From positions 2,080,001-2,144,000 of the forward strand of contig CAXXOA010000001.1 of NCBI GenBank assembly GCA_963666275.2: a stretch of DNA of 64,000 nucleotides. Reading direction: 5' to 3'. The notes beneath the pieces were generated by a model, which was not told the origin of the DNA, searched no databases, and worked only from the letters and a program-made list of their open reading frames with translations. This document shows, piece after piece, positions 10,244-20,435 of the stretch (its first letter is position 1; the number at the start of each line of letters is the position of its first letter). This DNA is from Oceanispirochaeta sp. GTDB taxonomy: Bacteria; Spirochaetota; Spirochaetia; DSM-2461. The translations under genes were made by a program, and so were the position numbers.

Positions 10244-11512
10244 TTACTCATTGCGGAAAATCTCTGCCGGATTCACTGCGGCATACTTTCTCACAGCCCC
10301 CCAGGAGGCTGCCAGAACGGATATAAAAGCGGCGCTGTTGATGATTACAAGATCTTTCAGCATCAGATAAACAGGTATATCCGTAAAGTAGAAGCTCATG
10401 GGCGTATAGGCATCTTCCCTGCCCGTTATCTGAAAAGCCAGCAGTCTCAGCTTTTCTCCCGCAGAGACTGCCAGTTCTATAATGGAATTGATATTCAGAG
10501 AGATGAGAATTCCCAGAACAGTTCCGGCCAACACACCGGAGAAACCGATGATAACCCCCTGAAAAAGATAGACTTTCCGGATCTCAGCAGGGGTTCCCCC
10601 TATGGCTTTCAGAAGGGCCAGTTCCTCCAGTCTCTCCCGGACGCCCCGTTTCATGGAGTGGAAGATGTTCACAGCCACCACAATAAAAATGAGTCCCACA
10701 ATAAGGAGCATAAAGGTTTTTTCTATCTTCAGAGCATTAAAAAAAGCGCTGTTGTAGGTACGCCAGGAAACCATCCGGCTCCCTTTCAGGGATTCTATGC
10801 TGTTAAGCCGTTTAAGCACCGCCAGATCCCTGAAATGTTTTTTAAGCTTCACACCGTAGACAAGTCCCGAATCGGCCTCCTCTCCGGGATAGGAAAGAAG
10901 AGAGGAAAAAGCCATATTCCTGTCATATTCATAATAGCCGGTACGGAAAATTCCTTTCACAGTAAAGGTATGGTTTTTCAGAGCCCCCCGGCCGGATGTA
11001 ACGTCCAGAAAGGTCAGGGTGACTTTGTCTCCGGTAAAAACATTCACCGACCTTGCCAGGTCGGCTCCCAGGAGGATGGTATGATCTCCGGAAAGATCAA
11101 AATTTCCCGTAGTCATCCGTATTTTATCCATGAACCCCGTATCTGCCAGCAGAGCCTGTTCATCGGCAAAACGGATCTGTATGCCCGTGGAAAACCCGTC
11201 CCCGGAAGTCAGGATCACCTGATGATCCGCAAAAGGCACAACCGCCGAAATATTGGCAATATCCCCGGAGGCCTCAATGAACTCCTTCAGGGATATCCCG
11301 GGCTCTTCCACCCGGATATGATAGGAGTAGACTTCGTTGATACTGCTAATAAACCCCTGCTGAAAACCATTCATAACCGATAGAACCGTAATAAGAGTGA
11401 GTATACCAATAGCAAGACCGAGAACTGCCAGGAGATTGCCCAGGTGGCCTTTTCTTCCGCTGTGGGTCATCAGATACCTGGAAGCGATAAAAAGACTCCA
11501 GTTCCTTTTCAT
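10244..11512 (-). CDS. Lipoprotein-releasing ABC permease (LolC/LolE)
   Basis: LSVMNGF and ALLKAIG motifs; FtsX-type topology. Confidence 0.88.
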   Translation of the reverse strand: MKRNWSLFIASRYLMTHSGRKGHLGNLLAVLGLAIGILTLITVLSVMNGFQQGFISSINEVYSYHIRVEEPGISLKEFIEASGDIANISAVVPFADHQVILTSGDGFSTGIQIRFADEQALLADTGFMDKIRMTTGNFDLSGDHTILLGADLARSVNVFTGDKVTLTFLDVTSGRGALKNHTFTVKGIFRTGYYEYDRNMAFSSLLSYPGEEADSGLVYGVKLKKHFRDLAVLKRLNSIESLKGSRMVSWRTYNSAFFNALKIEKTFMLLIVGLIFIVVAVNIFHSMKRGVRERLEELALLKAIGGTPAEIRKVYLFQGVIIGFSGVLAGTVLGILISLNINSIIELAVSAGEKLRLLAFQITGREDAYTPMSFYFTDIPVYLMLKDLVIINSAAFISVLAASWGAVRKYAAVNPAEIFRNE

Positions 11513-12546
11513 GAGTCCTCTCCTTCTTCCCGGGGAACGAGTTTTTCATAGACAGGCTGATTGTCCCTGTAGATGATCTCCCTGTCTGCGTCCTCCAGCC
11601 TGAGGACTCTTTTCACAAGCTGACCGTTCCGGTACTGGGTACTTTCCACAGGTTCATCTGGATCACTCTCATACCTGTATTCCCAGAGGATCTTATCTCT
11701 CTCATTCCGTTCAAGATACCGGACAAGCTGATTGTCCCGGTACTCTCTTGTAATTGCCAGCTTCAATAGCCCGCTGATATAGGAATTCTCCTGAAGAACC
11801 CTTCCCGACTCGTCAAAAAGAGAATAGATCATGGAGTTATCCCTGTAGTACCATCGGGTTTCCGACTCTTTTCTTCCGGAAGGATCATACTGGATAAAAC
11901 TTTTCTGAACCTCCTGATCCTCCAGGAAGAATGACTGCACTGTAAGGTGCCAGTTTTCATAGGAATACAGATAGGTTTTATCGCCCTGGCTGAGCAGGGT
12001 GGCACTGACACCGGAGTGATCTGCACTGTGCCAGAGGCTCTCTCCTGTTTTTTCGCCCGCACCATCCTGTCTGAGGATCCCCCTGAGAGAACCATCGTCC
12101 CTGTAGAGAAGAATACTGGTCTGTTCGGGTTCTCCCGAATCGGAGAGGAAAAGGATCTCTTTGACAGCTCCGTTATGGTGGTAGGAGAAATTCCTATGCT
12201 CCAGAAGGGTCCCCTCTGTATTGAAAAGTTTCTCAGAGAGAAGCTGTCTTTCCTGTGAATAGACAAGGATTTCCTGGATATTTTTTTTAAAGAAATAGGA
12301 CTCCCAGGTTTCGCCGTTGTCAAGTGTGAGTATTTCCCATCTCTTCCACTCATTCTGATTGTGATAGAGGGTCCGTAACTCAAGATTCCCTTCCGATTCC
12401 ACCCTCAGAAACCAGGGTTCATTTCCCTGTATTACGGCTACGGGCCTGATGGGAGTTCCCAGACCATCCGAGATATAATAAGTCTCCCCGGAGAGGGAAA
12501 ATAACAGTGAGAAGAATAGAAGCTGTCGGAAAATCCGGCGTTTCAT
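11509..12546 (-). CDS. Exported hypothetical protein with beta-hairpin (YwqK/MORN-variant-like) repeats
   Basis: Signal peptide; repeated E..Y...G.L motifs; ATGA overlap with the downstream gene. Confidence 0.65.
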   Translation of the reverse strand: MKRRIFRQLLFFSLLFSLSGETYYISDGLGTPIRPVAVIQGNEPWFLRVESEGNLELRTLYHNQNEWKRWEILTLDNGETWESYFFKKNIQEILVYSQERQLLSEKLFNTEGTLLEHRNFSYHHNGAVKEILFLSDSGEPEQTSILLYRDDGSLRGILRQDGAGEKTGESLWHSADHSGVSATLLSQGDKTYLYSYENWHLTVQSFFLEDQEVQKSFIQYDPSGRKESETRWYYRDNSMIYSLFDESGRVLQENSYISGLLKLAITREYRDNQLVRYLERNERDKILWEYRYESDPDEPVESTQYRNGQLVKRVLRLEDADREIIYRDNQPVYEKLVPREEGEDS

Positions 12547-13464
12547 CTAGTCTGCCAGCAGGTCATCCAGATACTGTTCGGGATCAAAAACAGAGAGATC
12601 GTCCAGACCTTCTCCATGCCCCACAAAAGCGATGGGAATTTTCATCTTTTTATTGATGGAAACCACAAGGCCTCCCCTGGCCGTGGCATCGTACTTTGTA
12701 AGGATAACCGCATCGACCCCTACGGCCTCATGAAAAACTTCCGCCTGCTGCAAACCGTTCTGTCCGGTGGTGGCATCAAGCACCAGTATTTTCCTGTATA
12801 GTCCGTTGCCTTCCAGATTGTTATCCACAATTTTGCTTATCTTCATCAATTCATTGATCAGATTTTTCCTGTTATGCATCCTTCCGGCTGTATCGGCAAG
12901 AATAAGGCTTTCATTCTGCGCCCTGGCGGAAGCGATGGTATCAAAGATGACGGCACCGGGATCGGACCCGTGTTTCTGGGCCACAACCCGTAAACCGGTC
13001 CTTTCTCCCTGAATCTTCAGCTGATCGATGGCTCCCGCCCGGAAGGTATCTCCTGCGGCCAGGACAATTCTGGGGAATCCTGATTTTTTATAATAATTGG
13101 CCAGTTTGGCAATGGTGGTTGTCTTTCCCACGCCATTTACACCAAGAACAAGAAACAGATTGAGCCCCTCTTCCGAGGGAACCAGTTCGGTTGTCAGAAG
13201 ATGCTCCCGGATAATACTCTTCAGTTCTTCCAGAATCGTATTCTTGTCTTTGATCTTATCTTTTTTTACACGCTCACGGAGTTCATCCACCAGTTCCATG
13301 GTGACGACGCCGCCCATATCTCCGGAAATCAGGAGTTCCTCCAGTTCCTCATAAAAGTCTTCAAGACTATCGGTTTTACTGAATATTTCAGCAATCCTTT
13401 TTCCCAGATTGGCTTTCCGCATAGATCCCTTTGCGGGGTCTTTCTTATTTTTCTTCCAGAACAT
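12547..13464 (-). CDS. ftsY: SRP receptor FtsY (short, no acidic A-domain)
   Basis: GVNGVGKTTTIAKLA, DTFRAGA, DTAGR, DATTGQN, TKYD. Confidence 0.96.
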   Translation of the reverse strand: MFWKKNKKDPAKGSMRKANLGKRIAEIFSKTDSLEDFYEELEELLISGDMGGVVTMELVDELRERVKKDKIKDKNTILEELKSIIREHLLTTELVPSEEGLNLFLVLGVNGVGKTTTIAKLANYYKKSGFPRIVLAAGDTFRAGAIDQLKIQGERTGLRVVAQKHGSDPGAVIFDTIASARAQNESLILADTAGRMHNRKNLINELMKISKIVDNNLEGNGLYRKILVLDATTGQNGLQQAEVFHEAVGVDAVILTKYDATARGGLVVSINKKMKIPIAFVGHGEGLDDLSVFDPEQYLDDLLAD

Positions 13465-13486
13465 ACGTCCCTCTCACAGGCGGCCG

Positions 13487-14947
13487 TCAATCCTCGGTGG
13501 AGTCTTCGGCTGCTCTTATATAATCTTTTAATTTTATCAATGTATTCACAAGAAGTCCGCCGCTTACAGCGACTCCGCCGAGAAAACTGTAATAGGTAAT
13601 ATTTGAATATCGTTCATACTGCCTGGCTTTATCATAGCTTTCCTGACTGTCCGTAGCAATCCACTGATAGGCGTAGTCATAATACAGATTCGTTTGATTT
13701 TGGTAAATGCCGTAGAGGATCAGAGGGACCCCCATGGAAATACTCATCCAGCCCAGCGCTCTGTAAAAATCGGATTTGGCCTCTTTAAATGCCAGCTCCT
13801 TGTCATAGGCGCTCTGTGTGAGCTTGACCGTAATGGAATCCCCCTTGACTTCATACGAGGGGATATGGAAGGCCCTGTATCCTTCATAGGCTATTTTAAT
13901 ATCGTTGCTGAATCCCGGTCTCGGCACTGAAAGCGGCGTTATCCCCTGCCATTCGGATCCGTAATAGACATCTGCTCCCGGAGGATCTGAGAGAAAGGAA
14001 ACATAGGAGCTGATGCCTTTCTCCAGTTCTACTGCAAGTTCAACAGTTTCCATCGCCGGGAGGAATACCTGACGGGAATCACTGATATAACCATGCTCCG
14101 AAATACTGATAGTGACAAATCCCGGGCTGGCATCACTGATGTGGGCTTCTCCCACGCCGACGGTCTCTCCGTCCATGAGAATCAGACTTCCCGCCGGTTC
14201 CGCCGTAATGTGGATCTCCGACCATGTCCTTCCCAGAAGGGCTACCCGGATTTCAGCAGAGGCTTCCCTGACAAGGGAGTTCAAATCCTCCTCCCCGCCG
14301 GTACCGGTCCAGGAGGCAAGGGGTTCTTTGCCAAGAGGGGAAAAACAGGACAATTCAAGGAAAAGCAGTTCATCCAGCCGCTCGATGGAACCGTACAGGA
14401 TCATATCATAACTTTCGGTTTCCATTTCCCGGGCGACCTGTATCAGAGAAACACTCTTTTCCATATCTTTGAAGATAAGATCCAGCTCAACCGGAACATC
14501 CACCTCGGAGGGATCATATCCCTTGAGTCTTTCGATCTCCCGGAATTGTTCTTTTATATCTTCACTGAGACTCTCATAGCGGGAACGGGTGTCCACGGCA
14601 TCGGAAAAAATAAGCTCATCCCTCTGAGTAAACAGGGTTTCCAGAGTAGTTTCCGATTCCAGGCGTTTATCATCAAGAAAAGTTTCCCTCAGGTAAAGAG
14701 ACTCTTCATCTGTCAGCAGATGGGTCTTCAGCCCCTCCAGCTCATCTTTAAGCAGCTGGGGGAGACTATTCTGCAGATAAGTCTGACGTTCCAGAAGATT
14801 GGACTGTTCCCAAAGAGCAATTCCAACAGTCCAGCTCTCTTTTTCGATTGAGAAGTTGTCCTCTTCCTCTTCCTCATCAAGGCTGTAAAGGAAAGGACTG
14901 GTCAGCATTTGCAGGAGGAGTAATAGAAAAAGGCCCTGTCTATTCAT
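13487..14947 (-). CDS. PEGA-domain membrane protein
   Basis: Signal peptide; two PEGA-like repeats (AEPAGSLILMDG; SDPPGADVY...GITP); two C-terminal TM helices. Confidence 0.8.
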   Translation of the reverse strand: MNRQGLFLLLLLQMLTSPFLYSLDEEEEEDNFSIEKESWTVGIALWEQSNLLERQTYLQNSLPQLLKDELEGLKTHLLTDEESLYLRETFLDDKRLESETTLETLFTQRDELIFSDAVDTRSRYESLSEDIKEQFREIERLKGYDPSEVDVPVELDLIFKDMEKSVSLIQVAREMETESYDMILYGSIERLDELLFLELSCFSPLGKEPLASWTGTGGEEDLNSLVREASAEIRVALLGRTWSEIHITAEPAGSLILMDGETVGVGEAHISDASPGFVTISISEHGYISDSRQVFLPAMETVELAVELEKGISSYVSFLSDPPGADVYYGSEWQGITPLSVPRPGFSNDIKIAYEGYRAFHIPSYEVKGDSITVKLTQSAYDKELAFKEAKSDFYRALGWMSISMGVPLILYGIYQNQTNLYYDYAYQWIATDSQESYDKARQYERYSNITYYSFLGGVAVSGGLLVNTLIKLKDYIRAAEDSTED

Positions 14948-15305
14948 ATCCTCTTCCGGCGCGGTTTATGGCAGAAACAAGCCTTTTTCTCTGAAAAGGT
15001 TTGACCACATAGTCCACAGCTCCGAGCCGTATGGCATGAATGATTTTTTCCTGATCGCTCAGGGATGAACACATTATGACCCGGCAGTCGGGATAGGCCC
15101 TTTTAAGACTTTTCAGAGCTTCCACCCCGTTCATTCTGGGCATGACGATATCAAGGAGAACAAGGTCGGGAAGAAGAGATTTATACCGGGAGAGGCATTC
15201 AATGCCGTCCCCCGCTTCTCCCACGACCTGATGACCGCTTTCCATAACGATCTGAGAGATAATAGACCGCATAAAGGGCAGATCATCAACAATTAGGATT
15301 CTCAT
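14940..15305 (-). CDS. Single-domain response regulator (CheY-like)
   Basis: VDD, DIVMP and KPF receiver motifs. Confidence 0.92.
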   Translation of the reverse strand: MRILIVDDLPFMRSIISQIVMESGHQVVGEAGDGIECLSRYKSLLPDLVLLDIVMPRMNGVEALKSLKRAYPDCRVIMCSSLSDQEKIIHAIRLGAVDYVVKPFQRKRLVSAINRAGRGYE

Positions 15306-16412
15306 TCCTGCTGTGTTCCCGACCAGAGATATTTCAGATAGGAATCAATGAAAGGATCCAGATCACCATCCATGACATTCTGAATATTTCCCGTTTCATG
15401 CCTTGTCCGAAGATCTTTTACCATCGTATAGGGATGAAAAACATAGGACCGGATCTGAGATCCCCATCCAATGTCCTTTTTTTCAGCCGCTGTAGCTGCT
15501 CTTTCTTCATCCTGGACCTGTTTATAATACTCATACAATCGGGACTTCAGCATTTTCATGGCAATTTCCCTGTTTTTAAGCTGACTCCGTTCATTCTGAC
15601 ACTGAACAACAATATTTGTTTCCAGATGGGTAATCCGGATGGCACTGCTTGTTTTATTAACATGCTGTCCTCCCGCTCCGGAAGCCCTGTAGGTATCAAC
15701 CCTGATATCCTCGGGGCGGATATCCACCTCAATGGAATCATCAATGACAGGAGAGACATAGACCGAAGCAAAGGAGGTATGCCGGCGGGCATTGGAATCA
15801 AAGGGAGAGATCCGGACAAGCCGGTGTATACCGCCCTCCCCTTTCAGGTATCCGTAGGAATAGTCTCCCTCGACTTCGAAGGAGATCGATTTGATCCCCC
15901 CTTCTGCTTCTACAAGGTCCATGACAGTAATCTTGAATCCTTTTCTTTCGATCCAGCGGTTGTACATTCTATAGAGCATACTGGTCCAGTCACAGGCTTC
16001 CGTACCGCCTGCCCCGGAATGGATCGTTATGAATGCAGGGAGAACATCTGTCTCCTCGCTGAGAAGCTCCAGTGAGTTCAGCTGATCAAAAGTTTCTTTC
16101 AACCTGTCCATCTGGGACTGGATTTCGCCTTCCAGAGACTCATCCTTCTCTTCCACAGCCAGTTCGTAGAGCTCTTTCAGATCTTCCATATCCGAAGCAA
16201 GCTTTTCCCATGGTTCAAACTTGTTTTTAAGTCTTTTGAGCTGTGCCAGTTTTTTTTCGGCATTTTCCCTGTCATTCCAGAAATTCGGGTCTCCCGACTC
16301 GATTTCCAGTTCTTTGGCCTGACTTTTCAACACATCTGTGTCAAAGTCCCCTCCAGGTATCAAGGATATCCCTTCCAAGGGATTTAATTTGTGCTGACAT
16401 ATCGCTAAGCAT
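15302..16412 (-). CDS. prfB: Peptide chain release factor 2, with programmed +1 frameshift (join 16412-16344, 16342-15302)
   Basis: SPF and GGQ motifs. The true start is ATG 16412 behind a GGAGG SD, giving MLSDMSAQIKSLGRDILDTWRGL and then CTT-TGA-C. Confidence 0.96.
16340..16355 (-). other. RF2 programmed +1 frameshift cassette
   Basis: Minus strand reads GGAGGGGA CTT TGA C: internal SD plus slippery CTT-TGA at codons 23/24. Confidence 0.93.
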
Positions 16413-16701
16413 TTGAGCCTCCGTTCGTTTTTTCTTTCAATACGTTTCGTCTCCACCGTTTCTCAGTCAGTGAAGTAATTACAAGCCGGCCCTCAATCGG
16501 GTACTGGTAAATTCTCACAGAATCATAGAAATCAGTAGCCCGGTCAATATCTAATTTCAGCCGGGAGAGATTGTTTTCATTTATTGACAGTGATTCAAAA
16601 GTATTTTTCTGTATCTGCTTAAACCCGTAACGGAAAAGTAAATTCTGAACAACCTTTTCACTGTCTTCATTCCCAAGATCAACAACAATGGATACAAACA
16701 T
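16405..16701 (-). CDS. Stand-alone Cas2/VapD-like ferredoxin-fold protein
   Basis: 98 aa with the Cas2 pattern: hydrophobic beta1 ending in Asp (MFVSIVVD), L..YGF..IQ.N.FE, D...DSVRIY. No cas1 or array in the window. Confidence 0.7.
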   Translation of the reverse strand: MFVSIVVDLGNEDSEKVVQNLLFRYGFKQIQKNTFESLSINENNLSRLKLDIDRATDFYDSVRIYQYPIEGRLVITSLTEKRWRRNVLKEKTNGGSNA

Positions 16702-16708
16702 TTCCTAT

Positions 16709-16737
16709 ACTCTATTTGCGTCTTGCCCAACTGTCAA
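16709..16737 (-). promoter_or_regulatory. sigma70 promoter of the cas2-like/prfB operon (probably leaderless)
   Basis: TTGACA(16737-16732), 17-bp spacer, TAGAGT(16714-16709), then 7 nt to ATG 16701. Confidence 0.7.
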
Positions 16738-16745
16738 TATAGATC

Positions 16746-18515
16746 TTAAAACAAAGTCACTTCTCCGCTTTCCGCCCCTTCATGACTCATGTTCAGAGCG
16801 TTTTCCCGGTCTGCTGATTTCTTATGTCTGAAAATGGTAAATTTATCTGTGAGTTTTTCAATTTTCTCACTGCTCAGTTCCCAGTTTTCATAGGGACTCT
16901 CTTTCAGAGTCCTTTCAAATTCAGAAGAGTAGTACACGGCTCCCTTCTCTATCTGGATCATCACCTGTTCCAGCTGTTTTTCAAGCCGTCCCATAGAGAG
17001 CAGATCCTTCATGGATTTGTTATAGAACTCATTGTATCTATCTCCCAGAAGAATCACATCGGAAGTACAGGCATCAACATAAACATGTGACTCCTTCAGC
17101 TCTTCCAGGCCGTTTTTGAGATCCGAGATAAAAAGATCCAGAGTCCCCTCATCTGCCTGGAAATCCCTGAAAAAATTCGTGAAAAGCTGATCCGTTCTGT
17201 TTTTGAACTCTTTAATGGTGGAAACAATATCCTCCACATTCTTTTCCAGTGATTCTGTTCTTACACTGATATTGTCTATGAGGATCCCCATATTCAGCAG
17301 ATTCGGCAGTTTTGCCGCCTCAACCCGGCTGGAGATATTTATCGTTTTTATATGGCTGATAATACCGATGTATCTTTCCGATGATTCCACCAGAGCATTG
17401 ATCTCTTTGATGATCATATCAAAACTGGTTTTCAGATACTTTCTTGTATATCCCTTCCTGATAACAGAGGAATTCCTGAACAGGGATTCTTCGTATTCCT
17501 GAATTTTCAAAGAATAGGAGTCATCATCATTTTTTGAATGAAAGTCTTTGCCTATTTTTTTGATGGTTTCATAGAAGGATGAAAAATCGGCGGATTTCGT
17601 CTGAAAGATTTCGAGAGTTTTATGCAGATCATCCAGTAGATCAAAAAGTATTTCATAACTCATCTGATAGATTCTGTGCTGAAAGGAGAGGGAATCCAGT
17701 TTCTGTTCTATTGTGGATCCCTGATCAACAGGCTCTTTCAATGAATAGATAATATGTTCAATGGACTGTCTGATAATATCATGTTTCTGGACTTCCTGGA
17801 GAATCTTATAGAGGGGTTCCTTTATTCTTCCCACCCCTGTTATCAGATGATCTCCGAAAAGCTGCAGCTGATCCCTGTATTCCAGATGGATTTCTAGCAT
17901 CTGGGCAATGGTGGATTCCATCTGCTTGGTTGCATTATTGAGTTCTTTTTTTTCATTCTGTATTTTTTCAAGGAATTCCCGGAAGATCCTGTCCATAACG
18001 GCGCCGTTTTCTTTCAGCAGGATACTCACTGCCGCAGATTCCCGGGAAACCTTCTGAAGCTCTTCTGTTATGTAGGGAAAGGCTCCGCCGTTTTTTCCCG
18101 CTTTCAGAGCGGTAACCATGGCATTGAGTGAGATCAGTTCCAATTCGGTAGAATCATCTTCTATCTGTTCTATATTTCCGGCGTAGGTTCTGCTTCGGCT
18201 CAACTCCTCTTCCAGCTTATTCAGAAACAGAGAGTCCTTACCGGCAAGTTCCGTAAGGATACTCCCCTCGGAATGGACTGTTCCTTTGAGCAGTTTTAGA
18301 ACATTTTCCATTGTATGGAGCCCGCAGAAAGTGGAGTTGCTTTCAGATTCATTCAACTGAAGAGAGTCTATTTTATCATCCAGAGCCCTGAAAATATTGG
18401 GATAGGTTTCGGCAATATTTTCATAGACATGTCCCAATTGACTGCTGATATCCTCCAGAAGAAAAACCAGATGATCCTTATTAAGATGCGTATTAGTTTC
18501 CGGCAATCCTGACAA
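16746..18515 (-). CDS. Soluble MCP-like coiled-coil protein with two degenerate signalling tips
   Basis: [28 protein letters not shown] resembles the MCP hairpin tip; second [21 protein letters not shown]; no TM. Start codon uncertain. Confidence 0.7.
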   Translation of the reverse strand: MSGLPETNTHLNKDHLVFLLEDISSQLGHVYENIAETYPNIFRALDDKIDSLQLNESESNSTFCGLHTMENVLKLLKGTVHSEGSILTELAGKDSLFLNKLEEELSRSRTYAGNIEQIEDDSTELELISLNAMVTALKAGKNGGAFPYITEELQKVSRESAAVSILLKENGAVMDRIFREFLEKIQNEKKELNNATKQMESTIAQMLEIHLEYRDQLQLFGDHLITGVGRIKEPLYKILQEVQKHDIIRQSIEHIIYSLKEPVDQGSTIEQKLDSLSFQHRIYQMSYEILFDLLDDLHKTLEIFQTKSADFSSFYETIKKIGKDFHSKNDDDSYSLKIQEYEESLFRNSSVIRKGYTRKYLKTSFDMIIKEINALVESSERYIGIISHIKTINISSRVEAAKLPNLLNMGILIDNISVRTESLEKNVEDIVSTIKEFKNRTDQLFTNFFRDFQADEGTLDLFISDLKNGLEELKESHVYVDACTSDVILLGDRYNEFYNKSMKDLLSMGRLEKQLEQVMIQIEKGAVYYSSEFERTLKESPYENWELSSEKIEKLTDKFTIFRHKKSADRENALNMSHEGAESGEVTLF

Positions 18516-19572
18516 CCTCCGGAGCTATTTTCTGCAATGGAAGGATTAAATCCACAGACCCTCTTTTGATTGCCTCATTGGGCATTCCGAAAACCACGCA
18601 GCTGGCTTCATCCTGAGCTATATTATAGGCACCGGACTCTTTCATCTCTTCCATCCCCCTGGCACCGTCATCACCCATTCCCGTCATGATGACACCGATG
18701 GTATTCGATCCCGAATAGCGGGCGGCGGACCGGAAGAGAACATCCACAGAGGGTTTGTGACGGCAGACCAGAGGACCGTCTTTCAGCTCCACATAATATC
18801 TTGCGCCCTGACGCTTCAGAAGCATGTGTCTGTTTCCGGGGGCGATGATTGCCCTACCCGGCAGAATAACATCATTGTTTTCCGCCTCTTTTACCTCGAT
18901 CTGGCATAAACTGTTGAGCCTCTGGGCAAAAGATTTGGTAAAATGCTCCGGCATGTGCTGCACAATGACAATACCCGGAGCATTGACAGGCATGGCCTCC
19001 AGGAAGACACGAAGAGCCTCGGTCCCTCCCGTCGAGGCACCCACAGCCACTATTTTTTCTGTAGTATCAATTTTCAGGGGGGCATGAGACCGGGAGATGA
19101 CCGCATCAGCCGTCAGTTTGGGCTGGACCGACATAGGTTTTGAAGGTGTCTGCTTTCTGATTTTAGGGCTCGTTGACGCGGCCGCTCTGACGACATCACA
19201 GATCCGGATTCTTGATTCGTTCAGAAACTCCTTGGTGCCGACTTTGGGCTTCTGAATGATCTCAACAGCCCCGAGTTCTATTGCTGTCAGAGCGTTCTTT
19301 CCGCCTTTTTCGGTTTTACTGGAGCATATGATCGTGGGGATGGGATTCTCAGACATCAGTTTTTTCAGAAACGTCAGACCATCCATCTGGGGCATCTCAA
19401 TATCAAGGATGAGAACATCCGGCTTATTTTTGGCTATTTTTTTCTCACCGAAAATGGGATTCTGAGCCGTGTCAATCACTTCCAGATCCTTCTCTTCGGA
19501 AAGGAGTGATGTCAGAGTCTGTCTGACAACAGCAGAATCGTCTATAATCATGACCTTAATTTTTGAACTCAT
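18493..19572 (-). CDS. cheB: Chemotaxis methylesterase CheB
   Basis: Receiver domain plus GASTGG, VQHMP, TGMGDDG. Confidence 0.97.
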   Translation of the reverse strand: MSSKIKVMIIDDSAVVRQTLTSLLSEEKDLEVIDTAQNPIFGEKKIAKNKPDVLILDIEMPQMDGLTFLKKLMSENPIPTIICSSKTEKGGKNALTAIELGAVEIIQKPKVGTKEFLNESRIRICDVVRAAASTSPKIRKQTPSKPMSVQPKLTADAVISRSHAPLKIDTTEKIVAVGASTGGTEALRVFLEAMPVNAPGIVIVQHMPEHFTKSFAQRLNSLCQIEVKEAENNDVILPGRAIIAPGNRHMLLKRQGARYYVELKDGPLVCRHKPSVDVLFRSAARYSGSNTIGVIMTGMGDDGARGMEEMKESGAYNIAQDEASCVVFGMPNEAIKRGSVDLILPLQKIAPEVVRIAGN

Positions 19573-19586
19573 ACGACCTTCCTTTA

Positions 19587-20435
19587 TCAGGCTTTTTTAT
19601 AATAGATAGTCGGTGCGACACTATGATAAGGCAGATTCAAACCTGTGATTGTCTCTGAATGCCCCAGAAAAAGGTACCCTCCCGGATGAAGCTGATTGTA
19701 GAGTTTCATCAGGATTTTTTTCTGTTTCTCCTGGGGAAAATAGATAAGAACATTTCTACAGAATATAATATGGAATTTTTTCTGAATTCCGTAATCATTG
19801 TTCATCAGGTTCAGCATTTTAAACTGGACATTCTCTTTCAGAAGCGGTTTGACCTTTACCTGTTCCATCTGAGGGTTTTTACTCTTCAGAAAGAACTGTT
19901 TTTTAAGTGCCAGAGGAATACCGGCAATTTTCGATTCATGATATATACCAGCCCTGGCTTTCTGCAGAACTTCCTGGGAGATATCAGTCCCCAGGATGGA
20001 AAATCTCAGATTCGGGAATTTTGCCCGGATCTGATGGAGAACCATGGCGATCGTATAGATCTCCTCTCCGGTGGAACTGGCGGAAGACCAGAAGTCCAGC
20101 TGCACCGTATCATTAATACTCTGCAGCAGCGGTACAACAATATTGTTTTCCAGATAGACAAAATGGTCGGGTTCTCTGAAAAAATCTGTTTTATTTGTGG
20201 TTACCGCATCAACCATAAAAGGCAATTCCTGCCGGAGTCCTTGTTCACTGAAAAGATAGTCGCAGTATTCGGAGTAACTTTTTATAGAAAGGGTTCTCAG
20301 CCTTTTGTGCAGCCGCGATTCAAGCATGACCTTTTTAATATCAGGCATCCTGATCCCCAGCTGATCCTCTATAAACCGGCTGAGTCTTTTGAAATCCTTC
20401 GGGGCGAGTTGCGGCCGGTCATACTCCTCTGTCAT
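19587..20435 (-). CDS. cheR: Chemotaxis methyltransferase CheR
   Basis: [33 protein letters not shown]. Confidence 0.96.
   Translation of the reverse strand: MTEEYDRPQLAPKDFKRLSRFIEDQLGIRMPDIKKVMLESRLHKRLRTLSIKSYSEYCDYLFSEQGLRQELPFMVDAVTTNKTDFFREPDHFVYLENNIVVPLLQSINDTVQLDFWSSASSTGEEIYTIAMVLHQIRAKFPNLRFSILGTDISQEVLQKARAGIYHESKIAGIPLALKKQFFLKSKNPQMEQVKVKPLLKENVQFKMLNLMNNDYGIQKKFHIIFCRNVLIYFPQEKQKKILMKLYNQLHPGGYLFLGHSETITGLNLPYHSVAPTIYYKKA

Noticed and set aside
11509..12546. Rhs/YD toxin or antitoxin system
   Set aside because: No Rhs core, toxin tip or immunity partner; embedded in the ftsY-lol operon
16413..16456. ORF-track N-terminus of prfB (METKRIER...)
   Set aside because: It lies inside the Cas2-like gene; the SD-ATG at 16412 plus the frameshift cassette explain the real start
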